This document shows, piece by piece, positions 1 through 12,956 of a stretch of 47,357 nt of DNA; positions within the stretch are counted from its first letter, which is position 1, and each line of letters opens with the position of its first letter. Below the pieces are notes generated by a model. It ran no database searches. It was not told the origin of the DNA and was given only the letters and a program-made list of their open reading frames with translations. Source of the DNA: Nemertoderma westbladi (taxonomy: Eukaryota; Animalia; Xenacoelomorpha); assembly GCA_032718475.1 (NCBI GenBank), contig JAUCBJ010004964.1, forward strand, positions 1-47,357. The letters run 5' to 3'. A program made the translations under genes and the position numbers.

Positions 1-217
1 ACCAATATTATTACATAATAATCTCGCTACACTACTATAGTAATAGTAACAAAGAACACAAAATTGCCAAGATCTATCGTAATACTTGTAAACCTGTAAG
101 CTGTAGTTCCGTAACTATTTATTCGATATCGTGATATGATATACTATTACGGCAACAAACATGTTAAAAAAACAAACCGCCTGTGTAGAGGGTGTGTGAT
201 AGAATCAAACTATATTT

Positions 218-703
218 TTTGTCTGGTGCGCTTGGAAATTTGTCTGGTGCTCTGGGGATTTTGTCTGGTGCGCTTGGGATTTTGTCTGTGCTCTTGGATT
301 TTGTCTGGTGTTCTTGGGATTTTGTCTGGTGCTCTTGGGAATTTGTCTGGTGCTCTTGGGATTTTGTCTGGTGCTCTTGGGATTTATCTGGTGCTCTTGG
401 GATTTTGTCTGGTGCTCTTGGAAATTTGTCTGGCGCTCTTGGGATTTTGGCTGGTGCTCTTGGGATTTTTGTCTGGTGCTCTTGGGATTTTGTCTGGTGC
501 TCTTGGAAATTTGTCTGGCGCTCTTGGGATTTTGGCTGGTGCTCTTGGGATTTTGTCTGGTGCTCTTGGGATTTTGTCTGGTGCTCTTGGGATTTTGTCT
601 GGTGCTCTTGGAAATTTGTCTGGTGCTCTTGGGATTTTGGCTGGTGCTCTTGGGATTTTGTCTGAGGCTCTTGGGATTTTGTCTGGTGCTCTTGGGATTT
701 TCG
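218..703. repeat. 21-bp tandem minisatellite (TTTGTCTGGTGCTCTTGGGAT), ~23 copies; possibly the subterminal array of a TIR element whose other end is outside the window
   Basis: Periodicity read directly; it explains the SGALGIL/FVWCSWD repeat ORFs in all three + frames. Confidence 0.9.
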
Positions 704-1602
704 TATTATTATAACATTCTATTACAGATCATATTACTACCGGTAGTATAAACTATTATATATTAATAGATTTTTAATTTATTATATTTAATTATTTATT
801 AACTTTTTACATGTGTTAGGAACAATAATAATAATGATGCGTCATAAATGTGGCGGTTTCTTCTCAATATCAACAAAATATTTATGAAAATCTAAATTTT
901 TTAGAAACATCAACGTTTACTGGGATTTTTTTTTCTTGTGAAACAACAAATTCATCTGTACCATTACTATATAATGTATATATAGACAGCACCATATATG
1001 TGTATGCGGTATAACACTTAGTTTTAAATTTGATGAAGATATTAAACGGACATCACAGCGACAGAAGTTATCGATATACCTGTATATGTCCGACCGGTAT
1101 ATATAAATAGTAAGCAATATAATTGGAGGGTCACAGTGAATGTCACATTATTCGCATTTTTTAATTTATATTGTATGAAACCGCAAAGGAAAACAAATAC
1201 TTTTTTAAGTTATTTATCATTATTATCTGTTATTAAATTACAATTAGTTGCAATTTCACAACTAATTGAGAGATTGAGCAACAAACCAGAGGCGCAAACG
1301 ATATAATAGTTTCACCAATCCAGGAATATATTAATTATTCCTGTTGTAGAAATGATGGAATATTTTGTGTAACGCAAATGAATATCTCAGAATAAAGTCC
1401 AAATGTTTCGTCTAAATCAATCACTGGTGATGAAGTCATAACAATATAAGTTCAAAATGTCGTATTAGGCCTAAATGATCATTCAATTATCTCTCATTTG
1501 TTCGACAAAAAGATTGTCTAGTTGATGACGCCATCGTGTTGCCAATACATAGTATATGGAACAGAACTATCAGCTTAAACATCGTATACAGGTACAACTC
1601 GC

Positions 1603-2064
1603 TTACTTCTCGGAAACTTCCTCGAAGTTTGTGTCGACTAACTCGGGGATATCATCGTCGTCGTCGTTCCCCATATCCGCATCCCCCGTCGGTTTATTCC
1701 ATTGCATACTCTCGGCCAACTTCTTTAACGACGATATTGAATCGCCTCCCAATTGGTTGAGTATCCCGGGCAACAACTCGGTTAGTTGTTTAGTCTCGGA
1801 GTGACCGGTTATAGCGAATGTGTTCGCCGTGAGACTCGCCTGCGCCTTGGGGTTGTTAAAGTGGATCACGCTGCCGTCGCTTTTGATCATGTTAACCTCC
1901 TCAATGCCCGCGATGCTGTTCACCCCCATACGTTTCAGTGTGCTCTGCAACTTTTTGTCGTCGGTTGTCGCGGTTCGATGGACTATCTTTTTCTTTCGTC
2001 TCTGGGTCCCTTTACCCCCGATTCGTACCCCCTCCGTCATCTTCTGAAGTTTTTCTGGGTTCAT
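1603..2064 (-). CDS. BTF3: Transcription factor BTF3 / nascent polypeptide-associated complex beta subunit, single coding exon
   Basis: Full-length 153 aa with [57 protein letters not shown] and C-terminal [13 protein letters not shown] motifs of NAC-beta. Confidence 0.96.
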   Translation of the reverse strand: MNPEKLQKMTEGVRIGGKGTQRRKKKIVHRTATTDDKKLQSTLKRMGVNSIAGIEEVNMIKSDGSVIHFNNPKAQASLTANTFAITGHSETKQLTELLPGILNQLGGDSISSLKKLAESMQWNKPTGDADMGNDDDDDIPELVDTNFEEVSEK

Positions 2065-2569
2065 TTTTGTAGGCCAAATAAGTTAATAGTAGCGGATAAT
2101 CGATAACTAAGTAAACGGTCAATGGCAGATTGAAATAAATGTCATTGGTAGAGCTACCGTACAGCCGTATGCACAGATCAGCAGATGAACATATGTAAAC
2201 TAGGCAGCTAGGTTAGCTACAGTTTGAACGTTCATTGCATACTTTTAGTGTTTTAATTCAATAATATTTATTTTTTCGAAAAAGTATGTTACCCTTAGGG
2301 ACTAGGTAATATTATCGTACAATTTTTTTTTAACGCAATAGGCTGAAATTAATTTTATTGAAATAATCAGGTAGGGGTACAGGTCGATTCGCCCCTCGAC
2401 CTTTTCGCCCCAAGTCGATAGTGTTATCCAAAGCAAACTATAGCGCAATGGCGACCTATATCAAGTCTTTCAACTGGATAGAAATTCTATCTCCAATGGA
2501 TACTACAGAGGCATGTGCAGATGTGCGTTTTTATATGAAACTCATGACTATTGTATTTATAACTACATA

Positions 2570-3515
2570 GGCCTACCCGTTAAAAAATATCGATCACACA
2601 ACTACCCAAAATGGATGACTAAGGATGTCCGCAAGGTCATTGCACTGAAAAAATCTGCATGGCGAAACTTCCGCAGAGCAGATTCAACTTCTGCCTACAA
2701 CAAGTACAAACAAACACGCAATATTTACAATGCTATTGTAATAAAATCCAAACAAGATTACGTGCGCTCAGTGGCATTGGCAGCCAGCAAAGACCCTAAA
2801 CAGTTATGGGAATTTGTACGGTCTAAAACGAAGTCTCGCGGTACAATAGCTTCACTGAAAGACAAACGAGGTAATATTGCAACATCTAAAGTCGATTAAG
2901 CAGAAGCTTTGAATCAGCAATATTTTTCTACATTTACTACCGAGGAAACAGATACTGTTCCTGATATATCGAACTCCGTGCCAGAAGCAAAAATTTGCTC
3001 AATAGAATTCACACCAAATGTAGTTGAAGACGCTGCATCACAAATAAATGCATCGGGGGCCCCTGGTTCTGATGGAATCTTCCCTATACTGATAGTGAAA
3101 CTCATTTCTGTGTTGGCTCTACCCCTCTCCATTATTTTTCAGAAGTCATTAAATAGGCCTAGTGGTGTTGTCCCACAACCTTGGAAGGAAGCAAACATTA
3201 CCCCCATATTCAAGCGCGGAGTAAGCTACCTCCCTACTGCCCTATCAACTATCGGCCAGTTAGCTTGACCTCAATCCTCTTCAAACTGATGGAAAGAATA
3301 ATAGCCAATAACTTATACTCTTTCTGGAAAGAACTCTCACTGCTGGCCATGGCGTAGTACGGATTTCAAAAAGGAAAGTCGTGCATTCTATTCGCAGACA
3401 ATACGAAGAACAGTGCCATTTTAACTCCGTGGCCATATCTAACTTGTGGGCCTCTACAAAACGACCTCGACAATCTTTACCGATGGACTGTAGTGTGGCA
3501 GCAGCTTTTTAATTT
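2570..3515 (+). mobile_element. Decayed CR1/Jockey-clade LINE ORF2 fragment with the RT core deleted
   Basis: PKWMT..., KDPKQLWEFVRSK, APGSDGIFP, PLSIIFQKSL, WKEANITPIFK, NYRP-like, then GFQKGKSC joined directly to LFADNTK and LQNDLDNLYRW; stops and frameshifts. Confidence 0.85.
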
Positions 3516-3704
3516 AGATTTTATTGTATCTGCAATATATAATTTAGTTGGACAATAATCACATTTTATGACAAAATCATCAGTACTTTTGCAGTCATGG
3601 TGTATATTTCATATTACAATTCAAGATCTTGTGCTACTTTCTGACTTTAAGGTGATATATATGTATATCACCTTGTTCTGTTGTTGACTTTTAGGGGTGG
3701 TATT

Positions 3705-4215
3705 CCAGGCTGCAAACCACCACTGAACCGCGCACAACGCCTGCGCACAATTTTTCACCCGCGCAATATTGGACAATATACCGCGCATGCACCGAAAAAA
3801 ACGCGCACACCTCATTTTAACAAAAAAAAAAACATACGCGAGTGAAGCGAACAAAATTGTTTCATTAACAATGCAAAATGAAAAAGATAGGCGAGCAAAA
3901 CTCACAGTGAGCGAAATTTAGACATTTGAGCAATCTGACAATGCAAAGAAACGCGAGTGAAGCGAGTGAAATTATTTGTGGCAATTTTTTTTTCTCACTT
4001 TGCATGCATGAAAAACCTTCTTACACCTCATCCGCCTGTCCCGTGTCCGCGCACTTTATGACTTTTGATATTTTGCACAGATTACTGCGCACTTTTGTTG
4101 TCTTTCACATAATTTCGCGCACTTTATTTCAATTCCGCACGCTATTATATTACCGCGCACTATTTCAAATATGCGCACAATGCGTTGCGATTTTTGCACT
4201 TCATTTGCAGCCTGG
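3705..4215. mobile_element. Non-autonomous hAT-like MITE, 12-bp TIR, 8-bp TSD
   Basis: CCAGGCTGCAAA (3705-3716) and TTTGCAGCCTGG (4204-4215), flanked by GTGGTATT at 3697-3704 and 4216-4223; many CGCGCAC subterminal motifs. Confidence 0.85.
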
Positions 4216-4441
4216 GTGGTATTTGACTTATTTTATGCTTATTAGAACTGCAATGGTCTACTTAGATCCATTATCCATTGAGCGCTGGGAAGACAGGTAC
4301 CGGTAGACTTCAACCAAATTGAAAAAAAAAGTTCACAACTTATTTTTTCACCATTTGGCAAATTCTGGGAGGGGGATTGCAAGTGTTTTTCTATTTAATG
4401 TTACTAAAAATGTCTTTATCAATTTGGGGTATAAAAATACC

Positions 4442-5050
4442 CGGTCAGCCTAAACACCCAACTTTCAGCCAACTACACCTTCCTTTTCACCGCAATCCCA
4501 CAGCGCCAGTTTAGTTTGTACTATAGCTTAGTTTGGAGTTTTGATGCGTGGTATATGTAGACATCTGTAGGTATCTGGATCGTTCGTCAATAGTCTCTGC
4601 GTATCTCCTTTGTACCGGTATATTTATTGCTAAATTCATCAATTATTCTAGAACAAACCTGCAATAAAACTAATATGTTAGTTAGTTATTTTCATAATTG
4701 CAGGGCAGTGATGGCAAAATACAGTACGAGTACATGCAACTGTTAAAAGTTCATATATCAGCAATTCCTCAAAGAAGTTCACAGTTTGTTACTTTAGGCT
4801 ACATATTGTAATTTGTGGAATTTTGGTGCCATACAGTATAGTTTGGTGTAAGTTGGATGCTGTTGAGTTGAAGTTGGGTGTAGTTGCAGAGTTGGGTGGA
4901 AGTTTGGTGTAGTTGGGTGGTATAGTTGGGTGTACAGTAGTTGGTGAAAGTTGGGTGGTAGTTGGGTGAAAGTTGGGTGTAGTTGGGTGTGGTTGGGTGT
5001 AGTTGGGTGAAAGTTGGGTATATGGTGTAGTTGGGTGTTTAGGCTGACCC
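4442..5050. mobile_element. Non-autonomous Mutator-like element, 9-bp TSD, with an internal 10-bp array (GTTGGGTGTA) at ~4840-5040
   Basis: TIR GGTCAGCCTAAACACCCAACT at 4443 and its reverse complement ending at 5049; AAAAATACC at 4433-4441 and 5051-5059. Confidence 0.8.
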
Positions 5051-5119
5051 AAAAATACCCCACGTTACCGGTGAAGGATAATTTTTTACCATACTGCCAT
5101 ACCGGGCACCGGGGGAGGG

Positions 5120-5345
5120 TTAATAACGACGGTCGATCTGGTTCCATTATTTAATTACGACGGTCGATAATGCAGTAATGTCAACATTCAGACATTACAG
5201 CATTAATAACGACGGTCGATCCGGTTCCAGTAGGCCTATTTAATTACGACGCACGATAATTCTGTAATTATCAGCATTTAATTACGACGGTCGATAGGTA
5301 GGTAATTTACAGTAGGCCCCTATTTAATTAGTGACGGTCGAAGTT
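5120..5345. repeat. Cluster of ~6 spaced TAAT(T/A)ACGACGGTCGA motifs, probably a transposon subterminal region
   Basis: Motif recurs at ~5123, 5152, 5205, 5241 (degenerate), 5279, 5326. Confidence 0.55.
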
Positions 5346-6098
5346 GGTAGCTTTATCGGCCGTCATAAAATTATATCGAATTAAAATACCAAAAGTATGC
5401 CATATTAACAGATTAAACTAGCTCAGTAATGCAGTACTACTGTACTAGCTACGGTACCTACTAACAGACTAATGTACTACCGGTACTGTACTGACATACA
5501 CCTACCGCTACCAGTGACCAGCCTACTTCAGTAGGCCTACTTGTACTTTAATCAGTCAGTCAGTACATCTGATCTATTCCTGTATTATTAAATACAGAAA
5601 TACTGAAATACTGAAATACGCATGCTTCTACAGTCAACAGTCTGACAGTAGGCCTACTACAGTACTAAAACAGTAAAATGTAAAACAAACAGTACTGCAG
5701 TATACATGAGAGTAAAAACCCAAGCGATCATTTTGTGAACATCCAATGATATTGCCTGTTTTATAAATGCTTTAAGTTGTTATGGGATGTTCTGTTTGAT
5801 TGGTTGTTATGTGATTTACTTGCTAATCTTGGCCAGTATTAAATACACTAAATCAACAAGCACTGATCAATGTGTACAGATATACAGTAGGAGTCAATAT
5901 GTTTCACAGGAGGCATGATGGGGGGGGGGGGGGGGGGGGGGATTTTCGAATACCTATCTTGGTGAATTAAAAGCACATCCCGGCGAATTAGCAATGATAA
6001 TTATTAAGTGAGGGAAAGTATTATTTATATTATATCTGTAATACGTATTATTTACCTACATTAAATGTCCAGTTACTGCTGTGTATTGTACGATATGA

Positions 6099-6462
6099 CA
6101 GTATTTTACAAAGATTAAAGCTGTAAAGAGGCCTGGCCTCTATCCTAGAACCTAGAGGAAGAGTCCATCAATTGTATTATATTCTTAAGTACATTCCTGC
6201 ATTCTTTCATTATTACGTCAGTATTTTACAAAGATTAAAGCTGTAAAGAGGCCTGGCCTCTATCCTAGAACCTAGAGGAAGAGTCCATCAATTGTATTAT
6301 ATTCTTAAGTACATTCCTGCATTCTTTCATTATTACGTCAGTATTTTACAAAGATTAAAGCTGTAAAGAGGCCTGGCCTCTATCCTAGAACCTAGAGGAA
6401 GAGTCCATCAATTGTATTATATTCTTAAGTACATTCCTGCATTCTTTCATTATTACATCAGT
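6099..6462. repeat. 120-bp unit x3, almost identical
   Basis: Lines 6121/6241/6361 and 6181/6301/6421 repeat with a 120-bp period. Confidence 0.95.
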
Positions 6463-6493
6463 CACTGCAAACAATCACTCATAGCGTCATAGG

Positions 6494-6930
6494 TTTATTT
6501 ATTTATTTATTTATTAACACGAAATCAAATTTAAAAAAAAAAACAAAGCAACAGATATTAATACAAAATTATACACGAAATACATTTACTAAATATAAGT
6601 AAAATATTGTAATTGTGATATAAGATACATTATATGGTTCGAGGGAGAGGATACCTACCAGGCATATAGCACTTATGGTGGTCCATAATTAGTTTTAATG
6701 TGAAAAAAAGAATATTGAAATTGAAATTAAAATTAAAATTACACAAGGAATGTTGAAGAAAATTAAAAAGAACATTAAATTTAAAATAATTGGTTCAAAG
6801 TAAGAGAAAATATCCAGTTTGACCATTGGAAAAAAAATAGAAAAAAAAAAAATAAGTGTGTTAAGTGTGTTTAGGGAGTCTGAGAGTACATGACGTAGAG
6901 CTACTGGCATACTGCTAATATTTAAATGTA
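6494..6930 (-). mobile_element. Possible LINE (CR1/L2-type) extreme 3' end with a (TAAA)n tail
   Basis: (TTTA)n at 6494-6515 on +; minus frame SMPVALRHV..LNTL resembles the WNSLP..LK end of ORF2. Confidence 0.35.
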
Positions 6931-7285
6931 AACTACTAAGTTACATTGATCGCTTGTTGATTTAGTGCATTTAATACTGGCCAAGATTAGCAAGTAAATC
7001 ACACAACAACCAATCAAACAGAACATCCCATAACAACTTAAAGCATTTATAAAACAGGCAATATCATTGGATGTTCACAAAATGATCGCTTGGGTTTTTA
7101 CTCTCATGTCTGCAGTATGCCATAGAACTGCAAAACTGTAGGCCTAGAGCTGTAGAGTAGAAGTTTCTGCACCGCTGTCTACCGGTAGGGTAGCTGTACG
7201 CTGTACATACCTAGGTTCCGGCTAATCGGTGGGCCTACCTCTGTACCTATATATCAGTATATAGCAACCTGCACGCCCTGCAGCC

Positions 7286-9555
7286 AGGTAAATCTTTTCG
7301 ACCTACGCGTAGGCCTACGCGTAGCTACGCGTAGTTCGCAACATTGGGTCATATATCACCAGTTTCAGAGTTTTAGCATTAACTACGCGTAGGTGCTACG
7401 TGTAGCTACGCGTAGGTCCTACGCAACCTACGCGTAGGTGCAACGTATAACTACGCGTAGGTGCTACCCATAACTATGCCTATACGTCGTTTATCATTAG
7501 TAGGCCTACGTATTCCAAGCGGTTCAGTACTAAAATAAGACCATACGGAATGTGGGTAAATCTTTTCGACCTACGCGTAGGCCTACGCGTAGCTACGCGT
7601 AGTTCGCAACATTGGGTCATATATCACCAGTTTCAGAGTTTTAACATTAACTACGCGTAGGTGCTACGCGTAGGTCCTACGCGTAGCTACGCGTAGGTCC
7701 TACGCGACCTACGCGTAGGTGCTACGTATAACTACGCGTAGGTCCTACCCATACTGCCATAACTATGCCTATACGTCGTTTATCATTAGTAGGCCTACGT
7801 ATTCCAAGCGGTTCAGTACTAAAATAAGACCATACGGTAGGTTCAATAAACAACCCACAACCAAATGCTTTCAACAGTAATGCATCCTATACCTGTATAC
7901 TCTATATAGAGGAATACGCTAAGACTACATATTCTTCACTTCATGCGTTGCGGGTGCTAAAATGTGTTACCGGTAATAATGTTTAGAGTTCAAAAATAGT
8001 TTACAAAGGAAATAGTCCGATGGTTCTTATCGATTCTCTATGCTTTTTATTGCCTGTGTTCACGATAGGGCAAGTATATATTTAATATGTTAACCCCTTG
8101 ACAAGGGAAGGGGGAGACTAAATTGTCTACCATGATTGGTTGCACTTGTTATTTGACCAAACAATTAAATTTTATGCAGTATTTATCAGCTTTCGCTTAA
8201 CCACTTCACTGGTAGATTGGTAGCTTACTACTGTAGAATATTTCAATAATCCAATGGAAACAAAGATACTTGAATCATGAGACGTGAATTTTAAGTATAC
8301 TTTTTATTCATCCTGTGTTTGTATGTGAAAGAGTCGAATGTTATTTATTACCAGTGCTGTATGTAGAGATATGAGTTTCCGATTCTGTTATTCCTTGTCT
8401 GATAATCAGATACCTGACATATACCGATACTTGCCTAACAACTCAACCCTACCGGGCCTGAAATGAAAAATCATTGTTATCAGGACTGCTACGCGTAGCA
8501 CCTACGCGTAGCACCTACGCGTAGTTTCAAAATACCTACGCGTAGTTCCAAAATAACTACGCGTAGTTTTAAAACACCTACGCGTAGTTGTTAAAAAGGC
8601 AGTAAGTCTGGCCCTACCGGTACATGACAGGAATGGAAGTTACAAACTACGCGTAGCTACGCGTAGGCTTACGCGTAGGTCGAAAAGATTTACCCCGGTA
8701 TGTTCAATAAACAACCCACAACCATCAAATGCTTTCAACTGTAATGCATCCTATACCTGTATACAGTACTCTATATAGAGGAATACGCTAAGACTACATA
8801 TTCTTCACTTCATGCGTTGCGGGTGCTAAAATGTGTTACCGGTAATAATGTTTAGAGTTTAAAAATAGTTTACAAAGGAAATAGGCCGATGGTTCTTATC
8901 GATTCTCTATGCTTTTTATTGCCTTTGTTGACGATAGGGCAAGGATATATTTAATATGTTAACCCCTTGACAAGGGAAGGGGGAGACTAAATTGTTTACC
9001 ATGATTGGTTGCACTTGTTATTTGACCAAACAATTGAATTTTATGCACTATTTATCATAGCTTTCGATTAACCACTTCACCGGTAGACTGGTAGCTTACT
9101 TCTGTAGAATATTTAAATAATCCAATGGAAACAAAGATACTTGAACCATGAGACGTGAATTTTATGTCTACTTTTTATTCATCCTGTGTTTGTATGTGAA
9201 AGAGCCGAATATTATTTAAAACCAGTGCTGTATGTAGAGATATGAGTTTCCGATTCTGTTATTCCTTGTCTGATAATCAGATACCTGACATATAGACCGA
9301 TACTTGCCTAACAACTCAACCCTACCGGACCTGAAATGAAAAATCATTGTTATCAGGACTGCTACGCGTAGCACCTACGCGTAGTTTCAAAATACCTACG
9401 TGTAGTTCCAAAATAACTACGCATAGTTTTAAAACACCTACGCGTAGTTGTTAAAAAGGCAGTAAGTCTGGCCCTACCGGTAAATGACAGGAATTGAAGT
9501 TACAAACTACGCGTAGCTACGCGTAGGCCTACGCGTAGGTCGAAAAGATTTACCC
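7286..9555. mobile_element. Outer copy of a CTACGCGTAG-repeat MITE (TIR GGGTAAATCTTTTCGACCTACGCGTAGG), 8-bp TSD, interrupted by a second copy
   Basis: TIRs at 7286 and ending at 9555; CTGCAGCC at 7278-7285 and 9556-9563. Confidence 0.88.
7554..8695. mobile_element. Inner, complete copy of the same MITE
   Basis: Both TIRs present; flanks CGGAATGT (7546-7553) and CGGTATGT (8696-8703). Confidence 0.88.
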
Positions 9556-10532
9556 CTGCAGCCCTGTCTGCCTGTCAGCCTGTAATAACCCTGTAAACTG
9601 TAGTTACCGGTAGGGTGGAAACTTGAATTTTAGAATTTCAAAATTGTAACAATTTTTTTCAATGCACGGTCCTATTTTAAGATGTTTGACACCATTTGTA
9701 CCTTCCCAAATTAATTTCCCATCAATTGCCCCAGGGGTTTTCGAAATGACCCATATCGCGCAGTTATACTGTTATACTATCTTACTACAACAGTCTACAG
9801 TACTATCAGTGGCAGGTAAAAGGCAATTTTGTCAGTTAGGACACTTCCAGTCATCGTACTGTATTACATCAATTTTTAGTCTCATTGGAACCGCAATGGT
9901 CAATTTAGTGGGGGTAGATGAGATCCTTGAAGCCCTCAAACTAATATTTTGGAAGCTGGAATCAAATTTATTTCAAAATTTCCAAAAATATTATGGGAAA
10001 ATTCAATGAAAAAGGCCAAAATGTCAGTTTTGACACTTCCAGTCATCGTATGACATTAATTTTAGTCTCATTTGAACGGCAATCATCGATTTAGTTGGGG
10101 TAGAAGTTGATAAAAATTAATTTTTCAAAATGTTTTTGCCATTTTTCACTAATTTTATCTTAAAAGTGTTGTTCATAACTATAAGCCCATATTCGCTTGA
10201 TCTGTGTTGTATCTAATATTAATTATGTTGGCAGGTTGGTCGCAGAGAGCTCATGTGTGTCTCATTCGAACCGCAATCATTGGTCGTACAGAGCTAAAAA
10301 AAACTCCTACGAAGCTGAATACTCATTTTCCTTTACATGGCGTATATAGTTACGGCGTATAGTTCGTATGGCCACGAACTGAAAATGGAATTCAACACTA
10401 ATGCATTAATACAGTATTGTATGTAATATTCTCATCCGCATTAAACTGAAACTGTATAGGACAGGTTAAATGTGACAATAATTGATGTCAATTTTGGGTT
10501 GCGTCCTGTGACGGGGGGTGGGGGGTTGGGAG

Positions 10533-10693
10533 CTATTCATCGGATTTCCTTGTTTCTCTTCCATCGGTTAATATATGCCTTGCTTTTCTTCTTTCCCGTT
10601 CATGGATTCTCCGGAGAGGTAAAGAAACCATCCCCGATAAAGTTATACTTGTTCCCGAACAGTAGAACATATGGTCGATGTTACCCACTCTTT
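10533..10693 (-). CDS. SLC16/MCT-family transporter, probable last coding exon (TM12 and C-tail)
   Basis: Acceptor TTTTCAG; phase-1 join gives ERVGNIDHMFYCSGTSITLSGMVSLPLRRIHERE...SDE*. Confidence 0.7.
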
Positions 10694-11047
10694 CTGAAAA
10701 CACATTGAAATATAAATTTTAAACCAGTTTAATTTTATATAATGCTGTATGTAGGCCTATTGTACTGAAATATTTTATTTGCTTAGTAGTGTGTTTAAGA
10801 TAACGCTTTTCAAGATGAATTTGTGAGAAGTTTTAAAAATGAAAGACCTCACGTATAATAAATGTTATTTGGTCTCAAAATGTCTGAGGGCCTATCCTGG
10901 CATGTCTGCTGTCAGATCAGGTAGTTTAAAAGGCTAAAGGACATCATACAGGATAATGAATTTGGTCAAAAATGCTCCAATAACTAGCTAAATAACGTTT
11001 TCTTTTGCCATTTTTATCAAAGTTTCAGCTTATTTAAGAAATGGATA

Positions 11048-11830
11048 CTACTACTTATACTACTACTACTAGTAAAATAGCGCCGCCACAACTCCGTATC
11101 ACCCATGACTTTCGCGAGATAATCCGCATCTTCAAGTCCAGTGTCCTTTAAGAGGCGTCTCAAGAAAGTCATGGGCTGTTCACCTTGCTTATTCACTCCA
11201 TGAGGCCAAAGCACAAGATTGTGCACTGGTTGGTCCTCACGGCGAAAGCAATATCCTGCAAAGCGGAGGCGGCTCCGTCCAAGTGTCAAGCTAGGAACGG
11301 AGAACATAATCAACCACAATTACGAATAATAATGGTGCAAGTGTGTCACCCTGAAGGACTCACCATAAGGATTCGAATGGATCTGTGTCACCCTCACCAG
11401 TAGACACAAATGTGGAGGAACCATCGTACAGTGTTCTGATAGCTGCAATAATTTCCTCAGAAATCCCACATGCTGCCAGTATACCGAACATACGTGGTCG
11501 GGAGGAGACTGAGTCGACTGAATCAACAAAGATAACAGCCAGACGTCTGTCTTTATTTATTGATAACTCTTCGATTATCCTTCTAAGTGCCAAAATGGGC
11601 TCCATGGCCCCACGACCTTTACGGAACCCATTTTGGTTCCCACGTAACAGTCTCCCAACAGGATCCCTGATGCGATTTAATAGAATTCTGTTGTATAGCT
11701 TTGCAGCAATCGAGATTAATGAGATTCCACGAAAAGTTTCATAGGTTGTTACAGTAGGTTGCGCTTCTTTGGGAATGGAACCAACTTATTTGTATTCATT
11801 TCTTGGGGGACTCTCTTTTGTCCTATACAT
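11048..11830 (-). mobile_element. RTE-clade LINE fragment with an internal deletion and (TAG)n tail
   Basis: FRGISLISIAAK, QNGFRKGRG, QGDTLAP, RLRFAGYCFR..QPVHNLVLW; same family as 19260-21433 but ~600 bp missing at ~11300; CTA repeats at 11048-11073. Confidence 0.85.
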
Positions 11831-12509
11831 GTCCAGAATAATAATGGGGCAAGAAATTGATAGACGGCAGTGCCGAGAGCACAGTACCTCAGAAAGGCGC
11901 AGAATGATTACCGGCTCAAACAATGTCCTTAACATTGTTAAGGACAATTGCGGCACAGGATCCAGTTAAGGCTGTATCTAGGTCCCTAAACGTGAACAGA
12001 AATTCCCCAGAAATCCAATGTACCAGGGCGCTGATGTACGGTATACGATCTTAAGATAGCCACCAAAAAGTGGACAACCATAACATCCAACGACCTCAGG
12101 TTGAAAGCTATAAAGAAGATCTTTAAATCACCTACCACATCAGCCAAAAGAAGTGCAAACAGGAAAAATTAAAGTAATTACAACAAACTGCTTACAGTTG
12201 GGAATTGCAACAGTCAAGAATCACCTTGCAAACTGTAAATGAGGTAGGTATCTGCAAGGTATCTGTGCCAAGGAGCGCCTAAAGGCGGATAGTCCTGAAG
12301 AGCGTGTTGGGTTGATATTGGGGGGAATTTAATTAAACAATAATGTTGTAATAAATCCACCAGCTAATGATTGGCTGCTATAGGAGGGAATTTACCAATG
12401 CACAATTACCATATATTAAACCCTCGCGCTAATGATTGACTGAAAGCATTTTGATTTATCACCAAAAGTAAAAAAAACTAGGCCTACGGTTTGTGAATAC
12501 TGTACACTA

Positions 12510-12815
12510 CTACTACACTACTACTGTACTACTACTACTACTACTACTAGGTCGAGCGAACTCGGACAGTGGAAATGAGATCCTTCCAGGCTTCCCGATT
12601 CTCCATAGTTGTTGCAATTTCGTTTCTCCCAAGTTCAGTATCCCTTTCAAGTTGATCTATATATGTTATGGCCGGTCGTCCACGACTAGGCTTTCCATGG
12701 GTTGGTTGCCAGAGAAGTAGATCTGGTATGACCTCATCTTTACTTCGCCAGCAGTGCCCACTGAATCTTAATCTGCGTTCACGGAGGGTGGTTGATACAG
12801 GCGGTATGTGAATAC
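12510..12815 (-). mobile_element. 3' end of a second RTE-clade LINE family with a (TAG)n tail
   Basis: LRERRLRFSGHCWRSKDEVIPDLLLWQPTHGKPSRGRPAITYIDQL followed directly by TAG repeats. Confidence 0.85.
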
Positions 12816-12956
12816 AGGAGGTTTGTGAATACAGTATCTTACTATGTAGGTGACCAATAATGTTCGTTTCAATTATAGACATGCCAACGTTAAAACCAGC
12901 TGAGTAATGCGTAACATTTCAAGTATTATCGACTTAATCAAATTAAATAATATTAC

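Larger units (their letters stand above)
5704..7109. mobile_element. Element bounded by ~170-bp inverted repeats
   Basis: 5704-5872 is the near-perfect reverse complement of ~6943-7109; no clear TSD. Confidence 0.75.

Noticed and set aside
136-751. Three overlapping 147-192-aa ORFs
   Set aside because: Artefacts of a stop-free 21-bp tandem repeat open in all three frames
9800-10105. ~190-bp spaced imperfect duplication (GACACTTCCAGTCATCGTA) and ORF 9662-10009
   Set aside because: Probably an old repeat fragment; no termini, TSD or protein motif found
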